From positions 571 through 64,570 of the forward strand of contig JAADIS010000129.1 in assembly GCA_013151215.1 (NCBI GenBank): a DNA stretch of 64,000 nucleotides. Direction: 5' to 3'. The notes beneath the pieces are model-generated. The model ran no database searches. It was not told the DNA's origin and worked only from the letters and a program-made list of their open reading frames with translations. This document shows positions 19,301 through 25,603 of the stretch, one piece after another. The DNA comes from Chlorobiota bacterium (lineage in GTDB: Bacteria; Bacteroidota; Bacteroidia; Bacteroidales; F082). The first letter of the stretch is position 1. Each line of letters starts with the position of its first letter. Position numbers and translations under genes: made by a program.

Positions 19301-20189
19301 TACACCAAATACCGTAACTTTTGTTAACGGCACTGACGAAAATTCGCAAGACCCGGTTGTTCAGTTTAATGCTACAGGATTATATACAGTTAGTTTAACG
19401 GCATCTAATTCGGGTGGGAGCGACACGGAAACAAAAACAGATTATATTGACGCGTCGAACGCATTGAGCGTTACTGCTTCGGCTTCGCCCGATGAAATTT
19501 GTGTTGGTGATTCAACACAGCTGGATGCCCAAACCGGGGGCGGAAGCGAGAACTATACTTTTTCATGGATATCGAACCCTCCGGGATTCACATCCGACGA
19601 GCAAAGCCCAATGGCAAGCCCCACGGCTACAACAACCTATATTGTTGAAGTTGACGACGGCCTGGACTCGGTGGAGGACTCGGTGGAGGTCGTAGTTGAC
19701 GAATTGCCTGTCATAAGCTTGGGCCAGTGGCCCGAAACGCTGTGCAATAAGCTGGAGCCACCCGTACAGCTTACGGCCAGCCCTGAAGGCGGAACTTATA
19801 TCGGAAACGTGACCGAGGACGGGATTTTTGATCCCGAAACGGCTCCTTTGGGATGGAACGTGATCACTTACGAGTACGAGGATGAAAATACTTGTACCAA
19901 TTCGGCAGTTGATTCAATCTTTGTTGATGAATGCGTGGGGATTAACGATAAATCGCTTATTGATATGGTTAGGGTTTATCCGAACCCAAGCCAGGGTAGT
20001 TTCCAAATCAGTTCGCCACAAACTATTTCCAAAGTCGAAATTATTGACCAGCAAGGAAAAATTAAACTTTCCCGGAAATTCAACAATAAGTATATCACCA
20101 TAAACTCAAGACTTGAAAAAGGGGTTTATATTATTAGAGTTGAATTGGAAAGCGGGGATATTGTCAATAAAATAATTTTGGTTGATTGA
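16311..20189 (+). CDS. Large T9SS-secreted protein: about 10 BNR/Asp-box repeats (double propeller), 3 PKD domains, Cys-rich Ig-like region, type-A T9SS CTD
   Basis: 1292 aa with a signal peptide. Asp-boxes include TTDGGTTW, STDGGATW, TTNDGTSW, SADGGSTW, TTDGGNSW, STNQGTSW, TTDGGASW and TANGGSSW. It has three 90-aa PKD repeats, and the C-terminus is VRVYPNPSQGSFQIS...GVYIIRVE...KIILVD. Confidence 0.85.
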   Translation: MNVMKSTVLKVLAIAAIFIALQTNVFSQPWAESLPADRESKAKLTLFDYQKAFNDYWAPYNVDKGYYYVDGEKLKAGGWKQFKRWEWFWTRRVDPQTGAFPKRSAMEVYNDYLKENPGQRSTSGNWSSMGPTSSTGGYAGIGRINCVGFHPTDNNKFFIGAAAGGIWETTDGGTTWTAIGDDNSSLGVSDIIVIDGTPDDIIYLATGDRDHSDAYSVGVLKSTDGGATWNTTGLSWTQSQGFIINRLIMDPNNNSVLYAATNGGVYKTTNDGTSWSQVTTEIFKDLEFNAGNSAMLYGSTNWGEIYRSTNSGSSWTMVYSQSAGRNTRIAVTDDNTSVVYVLMSSSSNGLHGVFKSTDSGATFSQVFSGGTTNLLDWACDGSGSGGQGWYDLCIAVDPNDADNLFVGGVNTWESADGGSTWDISNHWSGTCGGLATTVHADKHYLEYQNSSSNLFECNDGGIYKTTDGGNSWTDISNSLVISQMYRIGLAQTVSDDVVCGLQDNGTKSHETSGWNDVIGGDGMDCAIDPTDENTQYGELYYGNIKKTTDHWSTYYTISDNIPGSGAWVTPYVIDPNDNQTLFVGYADVWKSTNQGTSWTKISNWGGSNLQSMAVAPSNSSYIYTATYSTIYKTTDGGASWTDISSGLPVFSNNISNISVKDDDPNTVWVSISGFNSDGVYKTANGGSSWTNISTGLPLLPVNWVVQNRQNTSEEELYAATDVGVYVKVGSANWTIFSTGLPNVVVNELEIYYDDATTTNSMIRAGTFGRGLWESDLYTPLNPPVADFVADNTIPTTADTVHFTDLSTNSPTSWSWVITPNTFAFIQGTDSASQNPIAVFNVPGFYTVELTATNAGGSSTETKVDYINCSQAAPVADFEADNTTPSTIDTVYFTDLSVNDPSSWLWAFDPNTVTYQYGDDQNSQNPRVIFDAPGFYTVTLTATNAGGSDDEMKIDYIDVSQAAPLADFEADNLTPSVNMDVSFTDLSDNDPDTWFWEFTPNTVTFVNGTDENSQDPVVQFNATGLYTVSLTASNSGGSDTETKTDYIDASNALSVTASASPDEICVGDSTQLDAQTGGGSENYTFSWISNPPGFTSDEQSPMASPTATTTYIVEVDDGLDSVEDSVEVVVDELPVISLGQWPETLCNKLEPPVQLTASPEGGTYIGNVTEDGIFDPETAPLGWNVITYEYEDENTCTNSAVDSIFVDECVGINDKSLIDMVRVYPNPSQGSFQISSPQTISKVEIIDQQGKIKLSRKFNNKYITINSRLEKGVYIIRVELESGDIVNKIILVD
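18654..19463 (+). repeat. Three tandem 270-nt (90-aa) PKD-domain repeats inside the 16311..20189 CDS
   Basis: The repeats begin PPVADFVADN, APVADFEADN and APLADFEADN at exact 270-nt spacing (V/L codons at 18660, 18930, 19200). Each ends (V/I/T)DYI(N/D)..(Q/N)A. Confidence 0.9.
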
Positions 20190-20294
20190 TACGGAACTAT
20201 TGGTTTAACGCTTGCTTAGGGTCTGCTGAAAAACGCCTAACAACGTGAGATATATATTGTTACACGATTTTTGTTAATTACGAATACGAGCTTT

Positions 20295-20324
20295 TTTCAA
20301 GGATTTATTTTTCAAGGATTTATT
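20295..20324. repeat. 15-nt perfect tandem duplication tttcaaggatttatt present twice
   Basis: Read directly. It lies in the convergent intergenic space downstream of both 16311..20189 and the ATPase gene. Confidence 0.7.
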
Positions 20325-20377
20325 AAAAAAGCCAGCATTTTTCTAAAAATCTTGTTTGCTAGCCCGTAGTACATCAT

Positions 20378-21502
20378 CTACTTCATAAGTTCATAAAAAT
20401 TATCCGTATTGATAATATTGTATGATTGTGGTTTATATTTTTCATTAAAACTCTTAGGGAGTTTGGCCTTTTTCTTGCTGTTCCACTTAAATTCAAAAGC
20501 AGTAATTTTATTGTTAACTATCTCAAGTAGGTCTATTTCAGCACCATCATAAGTTCTCCAAAAGAAGAACTCTCCTAAAAAATTATTGCTTATTTGAGTT
20601 TTTAGCCTTTCTGAAACACAAAAATTCTCCCATAACAATCCTATGTCCTGCCTTTGATCCGCCATGGATAAATCGTTGATTATCGAGTTTCTGATTCCAT
20701 TGTCATAGAAGTAAAATTTAGAGCTTTTTTTTATCTCATTCCTGAGATTCGAAGAGAAAGATTTTAGTTCAAAAATGATGAAGCTTTTCTGTAAAACATC
20801 AAGATATTTCTCAATTGTTTGTCTGGAAATTCCAAGCATAATTGATAATTCGCTTATGGAAACCTGCGATCCCAATTGAAAAGCCAGAGCCTTTAGAAGT
20901 TTACGTAAAATTGTTGGGTTCTTTATGCTTTCGTGAATGAGCACATCTTTAAATAAATAATCTGAAGTTAATTCAACTAGTTTTCTGCTTTTTTTCAATG
21001 GGCTTAAATCAAAAATTCCGGGATAACTTCCAAAAACGATTAATTCATTTAATTTTTGTTTTAACTGAATGTTATTGTTTTTCTGACTAATTTCTTCCAG
21101 GGTAAGAGGAAATAGTTTATACTTGATGTTCCTGCCCGTAAGTGCTTCTGTAATATGTGAAGATAACTCGAAGCTAGAAGAACCTGTTACAATAATTTTA
21201 TATTCAGGTAGCTCGTCATAGATTAGCTTTAGTATCTTTTCAATTTCGGGAATAGTTTGTGCTTCATCAAGCGCAACGATTTTATATTTTCCAAACAAGA
21301 ATTTTATATTGTTCAAATTCTTTTCTTGAAGTATATCAAAAATCTCGTTCCGCTCGCAATTATATATTGTTGCATCATCTCTTTTACCTAATAAATGATT
21401 AAGTAGTGTTGTTTTACCAACTTGACGGGCTCCATAAATAATCAATATTTCACGACTTTTTAACCATTCATTTATCGAAAACTCTATTTTTCGCTTATAC
21501 AT
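20378..21502 (-). CDS. AAA ATPase of the AAA_14 / DUF4143 family
   Basis: 374 aa with Walker A LIIYGARQVGKTTLL, Walker B KIVALDEAQ and a wHTH-like segment ISELSIMLGISRQTIEKYLDVL. The C-terminal block YFYDNGIRN...FFWRTYDGAEIDLL is typical of DUF4143. Confidence 0.85.
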   Translation of the reverse strand: MYKRKIEFSINEWLKSREILIIYGARQVGKTTLLNHLLGKRDDATIYNCERNEIFDILQEKNLNNIKFLFGKYKIVALDEAQTIPEIEKILKLIYDELPEYKIIVTGSSSFELSSHITEALTGRNIKYKLFPLTLEEISQKNNNIQLKQKLNELIVFGSYPGIFDLSPLKKSRKLVELTSDYLFKDVLIHESIKNPTILRKLLKALAFQLGSQVSISELSIMLGISRQTIEKYLDVLQKSFIIFELKSFSSNLRNEIKKSSKFYFYDNGIRNSIINDLSMADQRQDIGLLWENFCVSERLKTQISNNFLGEFFFWRTYDGAEIDLLEIVNNKITAFEFKWNSKKKAKLPKSFNEKYKPQSYNIINTDNFYELMK

Positions 21503-21536
21503 TTCAACAACTTTTACTGCGAATATACAATAAAAT

Positions 21537-21614
21537 GCCTAATATTGTAATAAAAACAGCAAATTTAAGCCTAATTATGCAATAAAAACAGCAAATTTAG
21601 GCTTATAATTATAC
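21537..21614. repeat. 32-nt tandem repeat, about 2.4 copies, each full copy carrying a minus-strand TAAATTTG box
   Basis: The copies read gcctaatattgtaataaaaacagcaaatttaa, then gcctaattatgcaataaaaacagcaaatttag, then a partial gcttataattatac. The two full copies are 28/32 identical. The array lies 35-110 nt upstream (minus sense) of the ATPase ATG. Confidence 0.85.
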
Positions 21615-21640
21615 TTTGTGAATTAATAGTAAATTGAAAA

Positions 21641-22114
21641 CTACACCTTTCTATTCAAATATTTAGAGTAATCTTTGGCGGGTATTTTATAATCCTGTTT
21701 AAAAAGAGGGGAAGTAATAAGATAATCGGCGGAACACCTGTTCGAGGCCGTTGGGATGTTATATAAAACGGCAATTCGTAAAAGAGCCTTCACGTCAACA
21801 TCGTGGGGTTGTGGCTCCATGGGATCCCAAAAGAAAACGAAAACGTCTATTTTTTCTTCGGCTATCATGGCTCCCAGCTGCTGGTCACCTCCCAATGGCC
21901 CTGATTTCAATCGTATTATTTCCAATGCGTCATGACCAATGGTTTTTGTTTCCGATACCTGTTTAAGTAATGTTTCCTCGATGAGCTTCCCCGTTGTCCC
22001 GGTACAAATAAGCCGGTGGGGAGTCAACAAGTCCCTGTTCCAGTTAACCCACTCGATCATATCCCTCTTCATGGTGTCGTGAGCCACCAGGGCAATGTTT
22101 TTTCTTTTTATCAT
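21641..22114 (-). CDS. mgsA: Methylglyoxal synthase
   Basis: 157 aa with IALVAHDTMKRDM, GPLGGDQQLGAMI and FFWDPMEPQPHDVDVKALLRIAVLYNIP, which are hallmark MgsA blocks. Confidence 0.93.
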   Translation of the reverse strand: MIKRKNIALVAHDTMKRDMIEWVNWNRDLLTPHRLICTGTTGKLIEETLLKQVSETKTIGHDALEIIRLKSGPLGGDQQLGAMIAEEKIDVFVFFWDPMEPQPHDVDVKALLRIAVLYNIPTASNRCSADYLITSPLFKQDYKIPAKDYSKYLNRKV

Positions 22115-22123
22115 AATATTTTT

Positions 22124-22150
22124 CTTGGCAAAATTATTTTTTTTGCCAAG
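22124..22150. promoter_or_regulatory. Perfect 10-7-10 palindrome CTTGGCAAAA-N7-TTTTGCCAAG, 9 nt upstream of the mgsA start codon
   Basis: The arms at 22124..22133 and 22141..22150 are exact reverse complements. The element is either a leader hairpin or an operator. Confidence 0.4.
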
Positions 22151-22235
22151 GCGGAATCATGGGTAATGTTAAATTAATATTATTTCAAATAATCGTTTAT
22201 CAGAAACAAAAATAACTTGACTTGCAATATTCACC

Positions 22236-22272
22236 AAAAAAAGCCCCCAAAATAAGTCTGAGGGCTTTTTTT
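22236..22272 (-). terminator. Probable terminator (weak, A/U-extended stem) after the 22287..24284 gene
   Basis: aaaaaaagccc ... gggcttttttt with a 15-nt loop. Only about 5 strong base pairs are present. Confidence 0.45.
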
Positions 22273-22286
22273 AAATTGAATTCTAT

Positions 22287-24284
22287 TTATTCAACAATCA
22301 TTTTCTTGGTGATTTTCGAGTCCCCGGCTTTTACCGTATAAAAATAAACTCCCTGTTTAAGGTTGTTGGCATCGATACGAAGAGTATGCGACCCGCTGGT
22401 TTTATATCCTAGGTCCTTGGAATAAACCAATTGGCCTGTAACACTTATTATATCCATGGAAACATAAGAATCCTTGTTAAGGTTAATGCTAACAAAGCTT
22501 TCATCCCCAAAAGGGTTTGGGTAGTTTTGCGAAACCTTCACAACATTTTGTTTATCAACATTTTCGTTGATTCCAATAATCGAAAACTGTGATTCGGTAA
22601 AATAAAAATCCTGGATATATTTCAGGCGCACGGCAGCAATAGGGTCGGTAGGATCCATGTTTTCATAAACAAATGGGATATTATAGCCGTTTTCGTCAGT
22701 AAAGCAAAACTTGGCAGCATTGCCGAAATACGACTGCCACATTCCTTCAGAGAAAAGAGTAACGTTTGTTGGTCCGTCGCCTCCCGTCGCGTTTTCGGTT
22801 TTTGTATAGTTTGAGGGGTTAAAACCCCTTACCCAAATATTTGGTTTGTCATTATCGGTGGCATCCTCGATATCGGTGTCGAGCCATGATATGAAGATAC
22901 GGTCTCCTTCCCAGTTGGTGGTAATCCTGATGCGGTTATCTTCGGAGATGTCCCCGAAAGTACCACGGAAAGTTGCCACTCTACCCATTTCTTCAGCATA
23001 CCAAGTGGTTCCGCCATCTGTTGTAAATAAATCGATGGCAGCAAGATAGCCATTGGCGGTGATTATCGATTGCGGGTCGGAGCCCGTTGGCCCAATCATT
23101 ACGGCAATATGAAGGTTTCCGTTTGCGTCAACAGCAATATCGTGATCGAAGGCAGTTGTATAAGAAATTTCTTCCCTTGTTGGAACAGGAGGCTCGAACA
23201 AATCAGCAATCAGCTGGTCGGTAAGGTGGTGATAAACAATTCCGCCAATACCGTTAGGGCCGTCCATCTGAATGAAAATAGGATCTTCCCATGATTCCCC
23301 GCCATCGGTTGTTTTCCATATTATAGGGTAAGTATTTGAATATCCGCTTTGTTGCTCGGCATTTCCGTCATTGCCCAAAACGGAGATATATCCTGTCATC
23401 CCGTCGGGGGAAAATGCTATTTTTTCATCAAAAGGATAGGCGGAAACATCCATTGGGGCATCAATATCGGTAAATGTATATACCAAATCCTGCTCTGTAT
23501 CATCCCAATATCCTTTAGCGATAACAAGTATGTCGCCATAAACGCTTTCAACCAGGTCATAGTCAGGTTCAACATTTATCGAAAGTCCTTGGGGCGTCAT
23601 GAAATAAGCCGAGGGCACACCAACATGATAAGGCAAATCGGTATATAAGTTCTTTGTATGAACCGATGTATCGCCGAAGCTGGCAACCCCTGTTGTATAA
23701 CTTCCCCAAATATCATTGTTTCCCCAAAGAATAGGGGCAAAATAAGACAGGTAGGCATCGGCTGGATCTGTATAATTTAAGCTAGGGTCGAAGATCCCGG
23801 CATTGGGATAACGTGCAGCATCCTTATAATACGTGCCACCGTCATTTTCGGTAGCAATATAAAACTCTATCATCGTTGTCCATGTCAGTCCTCCGTCGAA
23901 GGAGACATCATATCCAAGGTCGCCGGAATATCCTCCCGGATCGTCGTCGCCGCCCATACGGTGAATAACGGCAATGGTGTTGATGTCCTGGTTCAGGGGG
24001 ATAAGCGATTCCTGGCCACCGCCGTAACCCCAGCCGTAAGCGTTTGCCACGCTTCCCAGGCTTATGATATTAACAATATTCACATCCCTGTCGGAAGGTG
24101 GTAGGATTCGTTCGGTCTTGATGTCCGATTTCATAAGCAGCGGAGCTTGCACGGGTTCGATCCCCTGCTCCGGATTATCGATTTTTTTCATGGTCCTCGT
24201 ATCAATCTTAAACTGATAAGCCTGTTGCGAAACCACTATTCCGCCGAGAATTACAGCGAAAAATAAAAGTAAGATTTTCTTCAT
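22287..24284 (-). CDS. T9SS-secreted protein with BNR/Asp-box (sialidase-like propeller) motifs and a type-A CTD
   Basis: 665 aa with a signal peptide MKKILLLFFAVILGGIVVSQ. Asp-boxes are SFDGGLTW, TTDGGESW and TTDGGTTW. The C-terminus is VSQNYPNPFGDESFVS...GVYFYTVKAGDSKITKKMIVE. Confidence 0.8.
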   Translation of the reverse strand: MKKILLLFFAVILGGIVVSQQAYQFKIDTRTMKKIDNPEQGIEPVQAPLLMKSDIKTERILPPSDRDVNIVNIISLGSVANAYGWGYGGGQESLIPLNQDINTIAVIHRMGGDDDPGGYSGDLGYDVSFDGGLTWTTMIEFYIATENDGGTYYKDAARYPNAGIFDPSLNYTDPADAYLSYFAPILWGNNDIWGSYTTGVASFGDTSVHTKNLYTDLPYHVGVPSAYFMTPQGLSINVEPDYDLVESVYGDILVIAKGYWDDTEQDLVYTFTDIDAPMDVSAYPFDEKIAFSPDGMTGYISVLGNDGNAEQQSGYSNTYPIIWKTTDGGESWEDPIFIQMDGPNGIGGIVYHHLTDQLIADLFEPPVPTREEISYTTAFDHDIAVDANGNLHIAVMIGPTGSDPQSIITANGYLAAIDLFTTDGGTTWYAEEMGRVATFRGTFGDISEDNRIRITTNWEGDRIFISWLDTDIEDATDNDKPNIWVRGFNPSNYTKTENATGGDGPTNVTLFSEGMWQSYFGNAAKFCFTDENGYNIPFVYENMDPTDPIAAVRLKYIQDFYFTESQFSIIGINENVDKQNVVKVSQNYPNPFGDESFVSINLNKDSYVSMDIISVTGQLVYSKDLGYKTSGSHTLRIDANNLKQGVYFYTVKAGDSKITKKMIVE

Positions 24285-24407
24285 AATAATTAGATATTAG
24301 TTAAATATTGTATTCTTCCTGACAAATATACTATTATTCAAAGTAATATTTGTTTAAAATAATTGATTTTTATTAAATTAGCCAATATAAATCAAAAATT
24401 ATTTTTT

Positions 24408-25490
24408 ATGAAAGTTTATATTTTATTGTTTCTGATTGTTTTTTCAGGTGTTTTTTCGTATTCCCAAAACGAGCTTGCACGCGCAAGAACCGATAAAGAA
24501 TGGGGATACATAAATAAAAGCGGCAGTTGGGTTATAAACCCGCAATTCGAGCATGCCAATGATTTTACCGAGGGCTTGGCAGCCATAAGAAGTAACGGTC
24601 AATGGGGTTTTGTGGACCCAAACGGGAGGTTCGTCATAAACCCGCAATTCAATAATGCCGAAAACTTTAGCGGTGGCCTTGCAGCGGTCAAGCTGGGCAA
24701 AGAATGGGGTTTTGTTGACGAAAACGGTAAGTTCGTTATTAATCCCCAGTTTGAGGCTGTTAAAGACTTTAAGGAAAATTTGGCTGCCGTGAAAAAATCG
24801 GGTAAGTGGGGCTTTGTTGACAAAGAAGGAAAATATGTGATAAACCCCCAATTCGACAAAGCAAACTCTTTTAACGAGGGTGTGGCTTCGGCGTTTAAAG
24901 CCAAAAAATGGGGCTATATCAACAAATCAGGGATGTGGATCATCAACCCTCAGTTCGAAAAAGCCGGAGAGTTCAATAATGGCCTGGCCATCGTAAGGCA
25001 AGGCGAGTGGGGAATAATCAACAAAAAAGGAATTTATGTCGTAAACCCGCAATTTGCAAACATGAAAGATATTACCGAAGGGCTTGCCGCAATGAAAAAA
25101 GGCAAAGAATGGGGGTTCTGCAATAAAGACGGGGTATATATCATTAATCCTCAGTTTGTTAACGTAAAGAGGTTTAAAGAGGGCCTTGCCGCCGCCAGAA
25201 TCGGAAAGGAATGGGGCTGGATAGACAAAAAAGGCGTATGGGTAATAAACCCTCAGTTTGTCAATGTTTTAGACATGAGAGAAGGCCTCGCCGCGGCCAG
25301 AATCGGAAAGGAATGGGGATTTGTTGACAAGAACGGGAAATGGGTAATAAACCCCCAATATGAAAAGGTTCGCAATTTTAGCGATGGCTTGGCCATGGTA
25401 AAGAAAAACGGGAAATGGGGCTGGATTGACAAAAACGGATCGTATGTTATAAACCCGCAATTTGCCAATGCCTTTCCGTTTGCGGATTAA
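24408..25490 (+). CDS. WG-repeat (KWG-type) secreted protein, 10 tandem repeats of about 34 aa
   Basis: ATG 24408 gives a signal peptide MKVYILLFLIVFSGVFSYSQ. Ten units of the form WGF(V/I)(D/N)K.G.(W/Y)VINPQF....(D/N)F.EGLAA follow. Confidence 0.85.
   Translation: MKVYILLFLIVFSGVFSYSQNELARARTDKEWGYINKSGSWVINPQFEHANDFTEGLAAIRSNGQWGFVDPNGRFVINPQFNNAENFSGGLAAVKLGKEWGFVDENGKFVINPQFEAVKDFKENLAAVKKSGKWGFVDKEGKYVINPQFDKANSFNEGVASAFKAKKWGYINKSGMWIINPQFEKAGEFNNGLAIVRQGEWGIINKKGIYVVNPQFANMKDITEGLAAMKKGKEWGFCNKDGVYIINPQFVNVKRFKEGLAAARIGKEWGWIDKKGVWVINPQFVNVLDMREGLAAARIGKEWGFVDKNGKWVINPQYEKVRNFSDGLAMVKKNGKWGWIDKNGSYVINPQFANAFPFAD
24490..25487 (+). repeat. Tandem array of 10 WG-repeat coding units of about 102 nt each
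   Basis: Periodic recurrence of ...gaatgggg(t/a)tt(t/c)gt(t/g)gac... and ataaaccc(g/c/t)ca(a/g)tt(c/t)... through the CDS. Confidence 0.85.
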
Positions 25491-25563
25491 TATTTTAGCG
25501 TTTACTCACATCAAATTGTAAATAACTCTGTTTCAACAACTGGTTGCCGCAATAGTTTTTTAG

Positions 25564-25571
25564 TACTTTTG
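25564..25571 (+). promoter_or_regulatory. Bacteroidota -7 promoter box (TAnnTTTG)
   Basis: tacttttg lies 32 nt upstream of the ATG at 25604. Confidence 0.35.
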
Positions 25572-25603
25572 ACTTTGTTGCAAAAGAATAAATTCTTCGA
25601 TAG

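Noticed and set aside
21537-21614. Considered whether the 32-nt repeats form a mini CRISPR array.
   Set aside because: The copies are directly adjacent with no spacers, only about 2.4 copies are present, and there are no cas genes in the window.
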